From: Escherichia coli
GTDB taxonomy: Bacteria; Pseudomonadota; Gammaproteobacteria; Enterobacterales; Enterobacteriaceae
Strand: one strand, 5' to 3'
DNA length: 64,000 nt
Assembly: GCF_048403405.1 (NCBI RefSeq)
Contig: NZ_CP183129.1
Part shown: positions 45,113-64,000 of the stretch, piece after piece
How the letters are laid out: each line of letters begins with the position of its first letter
Numbering within the stretch: position 1 is the first letter of the stretch
Position numbers and translations under genes: made by a program
Notes under the pieces: model-generated
What the model was told of the DNA's origin: nothing
Databases searched by the model: none
What the model saw: only the letters and a program-made list of their open reading frames with translations

Positions 45113-45136
45113 TACAGTACGCTCTCTCGATACGAA

Positions 45137-45168
45137 TAAACGGCTCAGAAATGAGCCGTTTATTTTTC
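45137..45168 (+). terminator. S10 operon terminator
   Basis: Hairpin aacggctca-gaaa-tgagccgtt followed by a T-run. Confidence 0.65.
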
Positions 45169-46526
<1,358 letters not shown>

Positions 46527-46537
46527 GGTAGGGTTAC

Positions 46538-46846
<309 letters not shown>

Positions 46847-46873
46847 TTGTCACCAATTGAATCACGGGAGTAA

Positions 46874-48181
<1,308 letters not shown>

Positions 48182-48186
48182 GGTAG

Positions 48187-49320
<1,134 letters not shown>

Positions 49321-49327
49321 GTAGCAG

Positions 49328-51310
<1,983 letters not shown>

Positions 51311-51323
51311 TCGGGGTGATTGA

Positions 51324-52370
<1,047 letters not shown>

Positions 52371-52395
52371 AGCTTAGTACCAAAGAGAGGACACA

Positions 52396-53385
52396 ATGCA
52401 GGGTTCTGTGACAGAGTTTCTAAAACCGCGCCTGGTTGATATCGAGCAAGTGAGTTCGACGCACGCCAAGGTGACCCTTGAGCCTTTAGAGCGTGGCTTT
52501 GGCCATACTCTGGGTAACGCACTGCGCCGTATTCTGCTCTCATCGATGCCGGGTTGCGCGGTGACCGAGGTTGAGATTGATGGTGTACTACATGAGTACA
52601 GCACCAAAGAAGGCGTTCAGGAAGATATCCTGGAAATCCTGCTCAACCTGAAAGGGCTGGCGGTGAGAGTTCAGGGCAAAGATGAAGTTATTCTTACCTT
52701 GAATAAATCTGGCATTGGCCCTGTGACTGCAGCCGATATCACCCACGACGGTGATGTCGAAATCGTCAAGCCGCAGCACGTGATCTGCCACCTGACCGAT
52801 GAGAACGCGTCTATTAGCATGCGTATCAAAGTTCAGCGCGGTCGTGGTTATGTGCCGGCTTCTACCCGAATTCATTCGGAAGAAGATGAGCGCCCAATCG
52901 GCCGTCTGCTGGTCGACGCATGCTACAGCCCTGTGGAGCGTATTGCCTACAATGTTGAAGCAGCGCGTGTAGAACAGCGTACCGACCTGGACAAGCTGGT
53001 CATCGAAATGGAAACCAACGGCACAATCGATCCTGAAGAGGCGATTCGTCGTGCGGCAACCATTCTGGCTGAACAACTGGAAGCTTTCGTTGATTTACGT
53101 GATGTACGTCAGCCTGAAGTGAAAGAAGAGAAACCAGAGTTCGATCCGATCCTGCTGCGCCCTGTTGACGATCTGGAATTGACTGTCCGCTCTGCTAACT
53201 GCCTTAAAGCAGAAGCTATCCACTATATCGGTGATCTGGTACAGCGTACCGAGGTTGAGCTCCTTAAAACGCCTAACCTTGGTAAAAAATCTCTTACTGA
53301 GATTAAAGACGTGCTGGCTTCCCGTGGACTGTCTCTGGGCATGCGCCTGGAAAACTGGCCACCGGCAAGCATCGCTGACGAGTAA
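52396..53385 (+). CDS. rpoA: DNA-directed RNA polymerase subunit alpha
   Basis: 329 aa. Confidence 0.98.
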
Positions 53386-53401
53386 CCGGATCACAGGTTA
53401 A

Positions 53402-53809
<408 letters not shown>

Positions 53810-53822
53810 TCTGAAGCAACGT

Positions 53823-53850
53823 AAAAAAACCCGCCCCGGCGGGTTTTTTT
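53823..53850 (+). terminator. terminator after rplQ (alpha operon)
   Basis: Hairpin aaacccgcc-ccggcgggttttttt. Confidence 0.7.
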
Positions 53851-53915
53851 ATACCCGTAGTATCCCCACTTATCTACAATAGCTGTACTCTTTTTGTTCA
53901 TCCCCTGGAGTATTT

Positions 53916-54284
53916 ATGTGGTTACTTGACCAGTGGGCAGAGCGTCATATTACTGAGGCACAATCCAAAGGTGAGTTTGATAATCTTCCGGGAAGTGGCG
54001 AGCCATTGATTCTGGATGATGATTCACACGTGCCACCGGAATTACGTGCGGGGTATCGCTTGCTGAAGAATGCCGGTTGCTTACCGCCAGAACTTGAGCA
54101 GCGGAGGGAAGCAATACAGCTTCTGGATATCCTCAAAGGTATCCGTCATGATGATCCGCAATATAAAGAGGTTAGTCGTCGATTGTCATTACTGGAATTG
54201 AAGCTGCGACAAGCTGGATTGAGTACCGATTTTTTACGCGGCGATTATGCTGACAAGTTGTTGGACAAAATCAACGATAACTAG
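53916..54284 (+). CDS. yhdN: DUF1992-family protein YhdN
   Basis: 122 aa ORF. Confidence 0.8.
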   Translation: MWLLDQWAERHITEAQSKGEFDNLPGSGEPLILDDDSHVPPELRAGYRLLKNAGCLPPELEQRREAIQLLDILKGIRHDDPQYKEVSRRLSLLELKLRQAGLSTDFLRGDYADKLLDKINDN

Positions 54285-54294
54285 TGGAGTATGT

Positions 54295-54720
54295 ATGTAT
54301 CGCATTGGTGAGCTGGCAAAAATGGCAGAAGTAACACCCGACACGATTCGTTATTACGAAAAGCAGCAGATGATGGAGCATGAAGTGCGCACCGAAGGTG
54401 GGTTTCGCCTGTATACCGAAAGCGCTCTCCAGCGATTGAAATTTATCCGCCATGCCAGACAACTTGGTTTTAGTCTGGAGTCGATCCGCGAGTTGCTGTC
54501 GATCCGTATCGATCCTGAACACCATACTTGTCAGGAGTCAAAAGGCATTGTGCAGGAAAGATTGCAGGAAGTCGAAGCACGGATAGCCGAGTTGCAGAGT
54601 ATGCAGCGTTCCTTGCAACGCCTTAACGATGCCTGTTGTGGGACCGCCCATAGCAGTGTTTATTGCTCGATTCTTGAAGCTCTTGAACAAGGAGCGAGTG
54701 GCGTTAAGAGTGGCTGTTGA
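54295..54720 (+). CDS. zntR: MerR-family Zn(II)-responsive regulator
   Basis: 141 aa from MYRIGELAK (MerR HTH); C-terminal Cys cluster. Confidence 0.9.
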   Translation: MYRIGELAKMAEVTPDTIRYYEKQQMMEHEVRTEGGFRLYTESALQRLKFIRHARQLGFSLESIRELLSIRIDPEHHTCQESKGIVQERLQEVEARIAELQSMQRSLQRLNDACCGTAHSSVYCSILEALEQGASGVKSGC

Positions 54721-54775
54721 TTTTTTGCACTGACAGGATTACACTCGCGCCGTTAAATAACCAACTGGAGTTTTT

Positions 54776-54994
54776 ATGAGCCGATATCAGCATACTAAAG
54801 GGCAGATAAGGGATAATGCGATAGAAGCATTACTACATGATCCCTTATTCCGACAGCGAGTAGAGAAAAATAAGAAAGGGAAAGGCAGTTACATGCGAAA
54901 AGGAAAACATGGCAATCGGGGGAACTGGGAGGCCAGTGGCAAGAAAGTAAATCACTTTTTTACCACTGGCCTTCTGCTTTCAGGCGTTTGTTAA
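54776..54994 (+). CDS. arfA: alternative ribosome-rescue factor A
   Basis: 72 aa, [10 protein letters not shown]...; 3' stem-loop within the coding region. Confidence 0.85.
   Translation: MSRYQHTKGQIRDNAIEALLHDPLFRQRVEKNKKGKGSYMRKGKHGNRGNWEASGKKVNHFFTTGLLLSGVC
54931..54971 (+). promoter_or_regulatory. stem-loop in the arfA 3' coding region (candidate RNase III processing site)
   Basis: Inverted repeat ggccagtgg (54931-54939) / ccactggcc (54963-54971). Confidence 0.55.
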
Positions 54995-55401
54995 GAGCGG
55001 TTATTCTGCTCTTTCAGCAAATCACGAATTTCTGTCAGTAATACTTCTTCTTTAGTTGGTGCTGGTGCGGCTGCTGGTTCTTCTTTTTTCCGATTCAGTT
55101 TGTTGATTAGCTTAATCGCCATAAAGATGGCAAAGGCCACAATCAGAAAATCAAAGACGTTTTGAATGAAGACACCGTAATGCATCACAACAGCAGGGAT
55201 ATCCCCCTGCGCATCGCGTAGCGTGACAGCAAACTGTTTAAAGTCGATCCCGCCAATTAATAAGCCCAGAGGTGGCATGATGATATCGGCAACCAGTGAA
55301 GATACAATCTTCCCGAATGCCGCACCGATAATGACACCCACCGCCAAATCCACCACGTTCCCGCGCATCGCAAATTCGCGAAATTCTTTAATAATGCTCA
55401 T
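54991..55401 (-). CDS. mscL: large-conductance mechanosensitive channel
   Basis: 136 aa, matches MscL. Confidence 0.96.
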
Positions 55402-55530
55402 GTTATTCTCCCTATGAAGCCGACAACCATAAGTCTAACAAATGTTAAGCCATTTTCCTGCCAGGAATGAATTTAATTAATCCTTGATAATCAAAGGGAA
55501 ATAATAAGGCGTCATTAGACGCCTTATTAA

Positions 55531-56907
55531 TTACAAGAAGAAAGGGCTTGGCTGGAAGAGTCTTTCGACGTCGGTAATAAACTTTTTATCTGTGAGGAAC
55601 ATAATTACGTGATCGCCTTGCTCAATGCGCAGATTGTCATTGGCAATCATCACGTCGTTTCCACGTACCACCGCTCCAATAATCGTTCCTGGCGGTAGCT
55701 TGATTTCATCAATGACTCTGCCGACAACGCGTGAGGTACTTTCATCACCGTGAGCAACGGCTTCAATAGCTTCTGCTACGCCGCGGCGCAATGAGGAAAC
55801 ACCAACAATATCTGCTTTTCGCACATGGCTAAGCAACGCGGAAATCGTTGCTTGTTGCGGTGAAATCGCAATATCGATCACGCTCCCCTGAACCAGATCC
55901 ACATAAGCGCGACGCTGGATCAATACCATCACCTTTTTCGCACCCATACGTTTGGCGAGCATGGCTGACATGATATTGGCCTCGTCATCGTTGGTGACGG
56001 CAATAAACAGATCAACTTGATCGATATGTTCTTCGGCCAGCAGTTCTTGATCCGACGCATCACCAAAAAAGACGATCGTATTCTGCAACTTTTCCGCCAG
56101 TTCGGCAGCGCGTTGCTGATTACGTTCGATGAGTTTAACGCTGTAATCTTTTTCCAGACGACGCGCCAGCCCTGCACCGATATTACCGCCACCAACCAGC
56201 ATGATCCGCTTATACGGTTTTTCCAGTCGCTGTAATTCACTCATCACCGCGCGGATATGCTGTGAAGCGGCAATAAAGAACACTTCATCACCAGCTTCAA
56301 CAATGGTCGAACCTTGCGGACGAATGGGGCGATCGTGGCGGAAAATTGCTGCCACACGAGTATCGATATGTGGCATATGTTCGCGCATGGTCGAAAGTGC
56401 ATTACCAATCAGCGGGCCGCCATAATAGGCTTTAACCACAGCGAGGCTGACTTTACCCTCAGCGAAGTTCACCACCTGCAATGCGCCGGGATACTCAATC
56501 AGTCGGTAAATATTATCGATAACCAACTGCTCTGGTGCGATCAGATGATCAATCGGTACAGCATCTGAATGAAATAGCTTATCGGCATCGCGCACGTAGT
56601 CTGGTGAGCGGATACGAGCGATGCGATTAGGGGTGTTGAAAAGTGAGTAGGCTACCTGGCAGGCAACCATATTGGTTTCATCTGAACTGGTTACAGCAAC
56701 CAGCATATCGGCGTCGTCGGCACCTGCCTCCCGCAATACGCGTGGATGAGAGCCATGCCCCTGCACGACTCGCAGGTCAAATTTATCCTGCAAGGTCCGC
56801 AGACGCTCACCGTTGGTATCGACAACAGTAATATCGTTGTTCTCGCCAACCAGGTTTTCCGCCAGTGTGCCGCCAACCTGGCCGGCACCCAGAATGATAA
56901 TTTTCAT
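55531..56907 (-). CDS. trkA: Trk K+ uptake system NAD-binding protein
   Basis: 458 aa with two Rossmann GxGxxG motifs. Confidence 0.96.
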   Translation of the reverse strand: MKIIILGAGQVGGTLAENLVGENNDITVVDTNGERLRTLQDKFDLRVVQGHGSHPRVLREAGADDADMLVAVTSSDETNMVACQVAYSLFNTPNRIARIRSPDYVRDADKLFHSDAVPIDHLIAPEQLVIDNIYRLIEYPGALQVVNFAEGKVSLAVVKAYYGGPLIGNALSTMREHMPHIDTRVAAIFRHDRPIRPQGSTIVEAGDEVFFIAASQHIRAVMSELQRLEKPYKRIMLVGGGNIGAGLARRLEKDYSVKLIERNQQRAAELAEKLQNTIVFFGDASDQELLAEEHIDQVDLFIAVTNDDEANIMSAMLAKRMGAKKVMVLIQRRAYVDLVQGSVIDIAISPQQATISALLSHVRKADIVGVSSLRRGVAEAIEAVAHGDESTSRVVGRVIDEIKLPPGTIIGAVVRGNDVMIANDNLRIEQGDHVIMFLTDKKFITDVERLFQPSPFFL

Positions 56908-56928
56908 CAGTCGCGACCCGTTATCTCA

Positions 56929-58218
56929 TCACTTTTTGATTAGCTTAGCGTAAAAGAAGCCGTCGCCCTCTTCGGCACCAGGCAGATTTTGCTTACCCGG
57001 TTGTTCTGGTGTTCCTGTTTCGCAAAGTTCGGCATCAGCGGTACGTTGCAAAAAGGCTTTAATCTGCAGGCTATTCTCTTCCGGTAACACCGAACAGGTG
57101 GCATAGACCAGGGTTCCACCGGATTTTAAATGCGGCCAAATGGCGTCGAGAATTTCAGACTGCAATTGCGCGAGTTCCGGGATATCGCGATCGCGACGTA
57201 ACCATTTAATATCCGGATGGCGACGAATCACACCGGTTGCTGAACAAGGCGCATCTAATAAAATGCGATCAAACTGTTGCTCGCCACACCATTGGGAAGG
57301 GTAGCGGCCATCACCTTGTTTCACGGTCGCCTTCATACCAAGGCGTTTTAAATTGTCGTAAACGCGAGAGAGGCGCTGTTCGTCAATATCAACCGCAACA
57401 ACCTGCGCTTCTGGTGCCACCTCAAGGATATGCGTTGTTTTACCGCCGGGGGCGGCACAAAGATCCAAAATGTGTTCACCGTTTTGTGGCGCAAGCCAGC
57501 TCATGCAACCTTGTGCTGATGCATCCTGAACGGTAACCCATCCGTCTTCAAAACCAGGTAGCGCATGAACAGGTGCAGGTGTTTCCAGCCGTACAGCATC
57601 AGGGTAATCCGCATGCGGGAAACCTTTCATTCCTGCTTCATCCAGCAATGCAAGCCAGCTGTCGCGGGAATGATGCGTACGATTAACGCGCAGCCACATT
57701 GGCGGACGCTGGTTATTGGCTTCGACGATGGATTGCCACTGCTCTGGATACGCTTTTTGCAGACGCTTCAGCAACCAGGAAGGATGCAGATAACGTGCAT
57801 CACTGGCATTAAACTCGGCTAATAACTCTTCTTGCTGACGCTGGAACTGGCGTAATACACCGTTTATCAACCCTTTAAGTTGCGGGCGCTTAATTGCGAT
57901 AGCGCCTTCAACCGTTTCAGCCAGCGCAGCATGAGGTGGTATGCGGGTATAAAGCAGTTGATACAAACCAACCATAATCAGGTAATGCACAGTGCGCTGT
58001 TTGCCGGTCATCGGACGGGCCATTAACTTATTAATCAGCCAGTCTAACTGTGAAAGCGTACGCAGTACGCCAAAGCACAACTCTTGAAGAAGTGCTTTGT
58101 CTTTATCGGAAACTTTTTGCTGGAGCGGTGGCAGAATGTTGCTTAATGATTGCCCTTGCTCGACGACTTGTTCAACGGCCTGGGCCGCCATGCTACGTAA
58201 ATTACGTTGTTTTTTCAT
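56929..58218 (-). CDS. rsmB: 16S rRNA m5C967 methyltransferase
   Basis: About 429 aa from MKKQRNL start; SAM-dependent MTase motifs. Confidence 0.93.
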   Translation of the reverse strand: MKKQRNLRSMAAQAVEQVVEQGQSLSNILPPLQQKVSDKDKALLQELCFGVLRTLSQLDWLINKLMARPMTGKQRTVHYLIMVGLYQLLYTRIPPHAALAETVEGAIAIKRPQLKGLINGVLRQFQRQQEELLAEFNASDARYLHPSWLLKRLQKAYPEQWQSIVEANNQRPPMWLRVNRTHHSRDSWLALLDEAGMKGFPHADYPDAVRLETPAPVHALPGFEDGWVTVQDASAQGCMSWLAPQNGEHILDLCAAPGGKTTHILEVAPEAQVVAVDIDEQRLSRVYDNLKRLGMKATVKQGDGRYPSQWCGEQQFDRILLDAPCSATGVIRRHPDIKWLRRDRDIPELAQLQSEILDAIWPHLKSGGTLVYATCSVLPEENSLQIKAFLQRTADAELCETGTPEQPGKQNLPGAEEGDGFFYAKLIKK

Positions 58219-58263
58219 AAGTATAAAAATGCCCGGCAAGACCGGGCTTAGAAGAGTGGACTA

Positions 58264-59211
58264 TCAGACCAGACGGTTGCCCGGAACAAACCATTCCCGA
58301 CGAGAGTTCAGGAGGTCTTGCGCGCTCATCGCTTTCTTACCCGCAGGTTGTAACGAGAGCAGGTTCAGGATGCCATCACCAGTCGCAACCTGAATGCCTT
58401 GTTTGTTGGCTTCAAGGATCGTTCCTGGTGCAGCGTTGGTTGTCGTATCAATGACCGATGCTTTCCAGACTTTAACCGGCTGTCCTTCAATTTCCAGCCA
58501 GCTCATTGGCCATGGATTGAAAGCGCGAATGCAGCGTTCAAGCTGTGCTGCCGAAAGTGACCAGTCAATACGCGCTTCTTCTTTACTCAACTTTTCGGCG
58601 TAAGTGACAAGAGTTTCGTCCTGAACTTCTGGTTTCGCCGTGCCGTCTGCCAATTGTTTCAACGTGGTGATAAGCCCTTGTGGGCCAAGCTCTGCCAGCT
58701 TGTCGTACAGCGTACCACTGGTATCTTCTGCAGTAATCGGGCAGGAGAGCTTATAGAGCATGTCACCGGTGTCTAAACCAACATCCATTTGCATAATGGT
58801 CACACCAGTTTCTGCATCACCCGCCCATAGTGAGCGTTGGATTGGTGCAGCACCGCGCCAGCGTGGCAGCAGTGAACCATGAACGTTGATACAGCCAAGA
58901 CGCGGCATCTCCAGCACTGCTTTAGGCAGAATTAAGCCATAGGCGACGACAACCATAACATCAGCCTGTAGATCGGCGACCAGTTGCTGGTTTTCTTGTG
59001 GACGCAGGGAAACCGGTTGAAAAACGGGCAGACCTTTTTCCTCAGCCAGAACTTTAACCGGGCTGGGCATCAGTTTTTTACCGCGTCCTGCTGGTCGGTC
59101 TGGCTGGGTGAACACGCCAACGACGTTATGACCAGAAGACAACAGCGCGTCGAGATGACGCGCTGCAAAGTCAGGTGTACCCGCAAAAATAATACGTAGT
59201 GATTCTGACAC
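58264..59211 (-). CDS. fmt: methionyl-tRNA formyltransferase
   Basis: 315 aa. Confidence 0.96.
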   Translation of the reverse strand: MSESLRIIFAGTPDFAARHLDALLSSGHNVVGVFTQPDRPAGRGKKLMPSPVKVLAEEKGLPVFQPVSLRPQENQQLVADLQADVMVVVAYGLILPKAVLEMPRLGCINVHGSLLPRWRGAAPIQRSLWAGDAETGVTIMQMDVGLDTGDMLYKLSCPITAEDTSGTLYDKLAELGPQGLITTLKQLADGTAKPEVQDETLVTYAEKLSKEEARIDWSLSAAQLERCIRAFNPWPMSWLEIEGQPVKVWKASVIDTTTNAAPGTILEANKQGIQVATGDGILNLLSLQPAGKKAMSAQDLLNSRREWFVPGNRLV

Positions 59212-59225
59212 GTTAGTTCTTATCC

Positions 59226-59735
59226 TTAAGCCCGGGCTTTCAGACGATCCAGTTTTTCAACTTTCTGACGAATACGTTGTTGTTTCAGCGGTGACAGATA
59301 ATCCATAAACAGTTTGCCGACCAGGTGATCCATCTCATGCTGAATACAGATGGCTAACAGACCGTCTGCTTCCAGTTCAAATGGTTTACCGTCGCGGTCC
59401 AGGGCGCGAATTTTAACTTTCTCTGCGCGTGGCACTAAAGCACGTTGTTCAGGGATCGACAGGCAACCTTCTTCAATGCCTGTTTCGCCGCTTTTTTCTA
59501 AAAGCTCCGGATTGATTAACACCAGCCGTTCGTCACGGTTTTCCGAAACATCAATAACAATGATACGTTGATGGATATCAACCTGGGTTGCCGCCAGGCC
59601 AATACCTTCTTCTGCGTACATCGTCTCGAACATATCATCGACGATACGCTGAATTTCTGCATTCACTTCTTCTACCGGTTTAGCAACTTTGCGAAGCCGC
59701 TCGTCCGGAATATGTAACACTTGCAAAACTGACAT
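59226..59735 (-). CDS. def: peptide deformylase
   Basis: 169 aa with EGCLS and HEMDH motifs. Confidence 0.97.
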
Positions 59736-59864
59736 AAATCTCCAGAGATGTGTTCAGGAGTTAGAAAGATTATTTCTTCTATTCTAGACAAATCCCCCTC
59801 TGATTGACAGCATCACTGACCAATCGCAAAGATTGCTAAGGCTGCTTATGGCAGGGAGATAAGG

Positions 59865-60989
59865 ATGGTCGATACAGAAATTTGGCTGCGTTTAATGAGC
59901 ATCAGCAGCTTGTACGGCGATGATATGGTCCGTATAGCTCACTGGCTGGCAAAACAGTCGTATATTGATGCGGTTGTATTGCAGCAAACAGGGCTTACAT
60001 TGCGGCAGGCACAACGCTTTCTTTCATTTCCGCGAAAGAGTATCGAAAGCTCACTTTGTTGGTTGGAGCAACCCAACCATCATTTAATCCCTGCGGACAG
60101 CGAATTTTATCCTCCTCAACTTCTTGCGACGACAGATTACCCCGGCGCACTGTTTGTTGAAGGAGAACTGCACGCGCTGCATTCATTTCAGCTTGCCGTA
60201 GTGGGGAGTCGGGCGCATTCATGGTATGGCGAGCGATGGGGACGATTATTTTGCGAAACTCTGGCGACGCGTGGAGTGACAATTACGAGTGGACTGGCGC
60301 GTGGAATCGATGGTGTGGCGCATAAAGCGGCCTTACAGGTAAATGGCGTCAGCATTGCTGTATTAGGGAATGGACTTAATACCATTCATCCGCGTCGCCA
60401 TGCCCGACTGGCTACCAGTTTGCTTGAACATGGTGGGGCTCTTGTCTCGGAATTTCCCCTCGATGTTCCTCCCCTTGCTTACAATTTCCCACGAAGAAAT
60501 CGCATTATCAGTGGTCTAAGTAAAGGTGTACTGGTGGTGGAAGCGGCTTTGCGCAGTGGTTCGCTGGTGACAGCACGTTGTGCGCTTGAGCAGGGACGTG
60601 AAGTTTTTGCCTTGCCGGGTCCATTAGGGAATCCGGGAAGCGAAGGGCCTCACTGGTTAATAAAACAAGGTGCGATTCTTGTGACGGAACCGGAAGAAAT
60701 TCTGGAAAACTTGCAATTTGGATTGCACTGGTTGCCAGACGCCCCTGAAAATTCATTTTATTCACCAGATCAGGAAGACGTGGCATTGCCATTTCCTGAG
60801 CTCCTGGCTAACGTAGGAGATGAGGTAACACCTGTTGACGTCGTCGCTGAACGTGCCGGCCAACCTGTGCCAGAGGTAGTAACTCAACTACTCGAACTGG
60901 AGTTAGCAGGATGGATCGCAGCTGTACCCGGCGGCTATGTCCGATTGAGGAGGGCATGCCATGTTCGACGTACTAATGTATTTGTTTGA
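59865..60989 (+). CDS. dprA: DNA-protecting protein DprA (Smf)
   Basis: 374 aa, divergent from def. Confidence 0.9.
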
Positions 60990-61434
60990 AACCTATATTC
61001 ACACAGAAGCTGAGTTGCGTGTGGATCAAGACAAACTTGAACAGGATCTTACCGACGCAGGATTTGATCGAGAAGATATCTACAATGCCCTGCTTTGGCT
61101 GGAAAAGCTTGCGGATTATCAGGAAGGACTGGCAGAACCGATGCAACTGGCCTCTGATCCACTCTCCATGCGTATTTATACCCCTGAAGAGTGTGAAAGG
61201 CTGGATGCCAGCTGTCGTGGTTTTCTGCTTTTCCTTGAGCAAATTCAGGTGCTTAACCTTGAAACCCGTGAAATGGTGATAGAGCGAGTGCTCGCGCTGG
61301 ATACCGCAGAGTTCGACCTGGAAGACCTGAAATGGGTAATCCTGATGGTGTTGTTCAATATTCCGGGCTGCGAAAATGCGTACCAGCAAATGGAAGAATT
61401 ACTCTTTGAAGTGAATGAAGGTATGCTGCATTAA
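60961..61434 (+). CDS. smg: Smg protein
   Basis: 157 aa overlapping dprA 3' end. Confidence 0.88.
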
Positions 61435-61462
61435 TCATTTCTTTAATTCAGCATAAGTTGTT

Positions 61463-62005
61463 ATGGCAAAATCAGCACTGTTCACGGTGCGTAATAATGA
61501 GTCCTGCCCAAAGTGCGGGGCTGAACTGGTTATTCGATCCGGGAAACACGGTCCGTTTCTTGGATGCTCACAGTATCCGGCGTGTGACTACGTCCGTCCT
61601 CTGAAATCTTCAGCGGATGGACATATCGTCAAAGTTCTGGAGGGGCAGGTTTGCCCTGCATGTGGCGCAAATCTGGTATTACGCCAGGGACGCTTTGGTA
61701 TGTTTATTGGTTGCAGTAACTACCCTGAATGCGAACATACCGAACTTATCGATAAACCGGACGAAACAGCAATTACATGCCCCCAATGCCGGACGGGCCA
61801 TCTGGTCCAGCGCCGCTCCCGTTATGGCAAAACGTTTCACTCCTGTGATCGCTACCCGGAGTGTCAATTTGCCATTAACTTCAAACCCATAGCTGGAGAA
61901 TGCCCTGAGTGTCATTATCCGCTACTCATCGAAAAGAAAACCGCGCAGGGTGTAAAACACTTTTGTGCCAGTAAACAATGTGGAAAGCCGGTTTCGGCGG
62001 AATAA
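61463..62005 (+). CDS. yrdD: topoisomerase-I-type zinc-ribbon protein
   Basis: 180 aa with four tandem C4 zinc-ribbon repeats. Confidence 0.88.
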   Translation: MAKSALFTVRNNESCPKCGAELVIRSGKHGPFLGCSQYPACDYVRPLKSSADGHIVKVLEGQVCPACGANLVLRQGRFGMFIGCSNYPECEHTELIDKPDETAITCPQCRTGHLVQRRSRYGKTFHSCDRYPECQFAINFKPIAGECPECHYPLLIEKKTAQGVKHFCASKQCGKPVSAE

Positions 62006-62009
62006 TAAC

Positions 62010-62528
62010 GTGAATAATAACCTGCAAGGAGACGCTATCGCAGCTGCGATAGATGTTCTCAATGAAGAACGTGTCATCGCCTATCCAACGGAAGCCGTTT
62101 TCGGTGTTGGGTGTGATCCTGATAGCGAAATAGCAGTGATGAGACTGTTGGAGTTAAAACAGCGTCCGGTTGATAAGGGGCTGATTTTAATCGCAGCAAA
62201 TTACGAGCAGCTTAAACCCTATATTGATGACACCATGCTGACTGATGCGCAGCGTGAAACCATTTTTTCCCGCTGGCCAGGTCCTGTCACCTTTGTCTTT
62301 CCCGCGCCTGCGACAACACCGCGCTGGTTGACGGGCCGCTTTGATTCGCTTGCTGTACGAGTCACCGACCATCCGTTGGTGGTTGCTTTGTGCCAGGCTT
62401 ATGGTAAACCGCTGGTTTCTACCAGTGCCAACTTGAGTGGATTGCCACCTTGTCGAACAGTAGACGAAGTTCGCGCACAATTTGGCGCGGCGTTCCCGGT
62501 TGTGCCTGGTGAAACGGGGGGCGTTTAA
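62010..62528 (+). CDS. tsaC: threonylcarbamoyl-AMP synthase TsaC, apparently C-terminally truncated by a -1 frameshift
   Basis: GTG start, YrdC-family; frame ends at 62528 after a G6 run, the +1-shifted frame continues 17 codons to a TAA at 62579-62581 just before the aroE ATG. Confidence 0.8.
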   Translation: MNNNLQGDAIAAAIDVLNEERVIAYPTEAVFGVGCDPDSEIAVMRLLELKQRPVDKGLILIAANYEQLKPYIDDTMLTDAQRETIFSRWPGPVTFVFPAPATTPRWLTGRFDSLAVRVTDHPLVVALCQAYGKPLVSTSANLSGLPPCRTVDEVRAQFGAAFPVVPGETGGV

Positions 62529-62585
62529 ATCCTTCAGAAATCCGCGATGCCCTGACGGGTGAACTGTTTCGACAGGGGTAACATA

Positions 62586-63404
62586 ATGGAAACCTATGCT
62601 GTTTTTGGTAATCCGATAGCCCACAGCAAATCGCCATTCATTCATCAGCAATTTGCTCAGCAACTGAATATTGAACATCCCTATGGGCGCGTGTTGGCAC
62701 CCATCAATGATTTCATCAACACACTGAACGCTTTCTTTAGTGCTGGTGGTAAAGGTGCGAATGTGACGGTACCTTTTAAAGAAGAGGCTTTTGCCAGAGC
62801 GGATGAGCTTACTGAACGGGCAGCGTTGGCTGGTGCTGTTAATACCCTCAAGCGGTTAGAAGATGGACGCCTGCTGGGTGACAATACCGATGGTATAGGT
62901 TTGTTAAGCGATCTGGAACGTCTGTCTTTTATCCGTCCTGGTTTACGTATTCTGCTCATTGGCGCTGGTGGAGCATCTCGCGGCGTACTACTGCCACTCC
63001 TTTCCCTGGACTGTGCGGTGACAATCACTAATCGGACGGTATCTCGCGCAGAAGAGTTGACTAAATTGTTTGCGCACACTGGCAGTATTCAGGCGTTGGG
63101 TATGGACGAACTGGAAGGTCATGAGTTTGATCTCATTATTAATGCAACATCCAGTGGCATCAGTGGTGATATTCCGGCGATCCCGTCATCGCTCATTCAT
63201 CCTGGCATTTATTGCTATGACATGTTCTATCAGAAAGGAAAAACTCCTTTTCTGGCATGGTGTGAGCAGCGAGGCTCAAAGCGTAATGCTGATGGTTTAG
63301 GAATGCTGGTGGCACAGGCGGCTCATGCCTTCCTTCTTTGGCATGGCGTTCTGCCTGATGTAGAACCGGTCATCAAACTATTGCAACAGGAGTTGTCAGC
63401 GTGA
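62586..63404 (+). CDS. aroE: shikimate dehydrogenase
   Basis: 272 aa from [17 protein letters not shown]. Confidence 0.95.
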   Translation: METYAVFGNPIAHSKSPFIHQQFAQQLNIEHPYGRVLAPINDFINTLNAFFSAGGKGANVTVPFKEEAFARADELTERAALAGAVNTLKRLEDGRLLGDNTDGIGLLSDLERLSFIRPGLRILLIGAGGASRGVLLPLLSLDCAVTITNRTVSRAEELTKLFAHTGSIQALGMDELEGHEFDLIINATSSGISGDIPAIPSSLIHPGIYCYDMFYQKGKTPFLAWCEQRGSKRNADGLGMLVAQAAHAFLLWHGVLPDVEPVIKLLQQELSA

Positions 63405-63658
63405 ATCAGGCCATCCAGTTTCCGGATAGGGAAGAGTGGGACGAGAATAAAAAATGTGTATGTTTTCCCGCTCTCGTGAATGGTATGCAACTGACATGCG
63501 CGATCTCTGGCGAGAGTCTGGCGTATCGCTTTACTGGAGATACGCCAGAACAGTGGTTAGCGAGTTTTCGTCAGCATCGCTGGGACCTGGAAGAAGAAGC
63601 GGAAAACTTAATTCAGGAACAAAGTGAAGATGATCAAGGCTGGGTCTGGTTACTCTGA
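63401..63658 (+). CDS. yrdB: small protein YrdB
   Basis: 85 aa, GTG start overlapping aroE stop. Confidence 0.8.
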   Translation: MNQAIQFPDREEWDENKKCVCFPALVNGMQLTCAISGESLAYRFTGDTPEQWLASFRQHRWDLEEEAENLIQEQSEDDQGWVWLL

Positions 63659-64000
63659 TCCAGATATTCGTCCTTCCATTTCACGTAATTATTCGCGGAA
63701 TAGCGTAACCCAGCCTTCTCTTCATCACTTAACGGGCGGATCTGTTTGACGGGGCTACCGAGATACAGATATCCGCTCTCCAGCCGTTTATTTTGTGGGA
63801 CCAAGCTACCCGCACCAATCATCACATCATCTTCTACTATTGCGCCATCAAGTAAAATTGAGCCCATCCCAACCAAAACTCGATTGCCAATGGTGCAGCC
63901 GTGGAGCATCACCTTGTGACCAACAGTGACATCTTCGCCAATGGTTAATGGGTTGCCATCTGGGTTGTACGAGGATTTATGAGTGACATGCAACATACTG
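63634..64000 (-). CDS. yrdA: hexapeptide-repeat (gamma-carbonic-anhydrase-like) protein, C-terminal part (5' end outside window)
   Basis: Minus-strand ORF running off the window end. Confidence 0.8.
   Translation of the reverse strand, partial: SMLHVTHKSSYNPDGNPLTIGEDVTVGHKVMLHGCTIGNRVLVGMGSILLDGAIVEDDVMIGAGSLVPQNKRLESGYLYLGSPVKQIRPLSDEEKAGLRYSANNYVKWKDEYLDQSNQTQP

Overview
This window reads as a conserved Escherichia coli / Enterobacteriaceae core chromosomal segment, and I did not find a novel system in it. Gene identities come from reading the six-frame translations against remembered E. coli proteins and operon order; no database search was run. Gene order (reverse of the K-12 map): gph (3' end), trpS, the uncharacterised yhfZ-yhfY-yhfX-yhfW-php-yhfU-yhfT-yhfS cluster, yhfL, cysG-nirC-nirD-nirB, tsgA, ppiA, yhfG-fic-pabA, argD, yhfK, crp, yhfA, prkB, yheUTS, kefGB, yheV, slyD, slyX, fkpA, yheO-tusDCB, the str operon (rpsL-rpsG-fusA-tufA), bfd-bfr, a short prepilin-peptidase gene, the S10, spc and alpha ribosomal-protein operons (rpsJ through rplQ, including secY and rpoA), yhdN, zntR, arfA, mscL, trkA, rsmB, fmt, def, dprA-smg-yrdD-tsaC-aroE-yrdB and the 3' end of yrdA. 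I saw no rRNA, tRNA, CRISPR array, IS element or prophage gene. The observations most worth a second look are two apparent frameshifts in G homopolymers (fkpA and tsaC), the absence of the frl operon and of the gsp type II secretion/chiA island relative to K-12 as I recall it, the short 156-aa rpsG allele, and the functionally unassigned php/yhf cluster.
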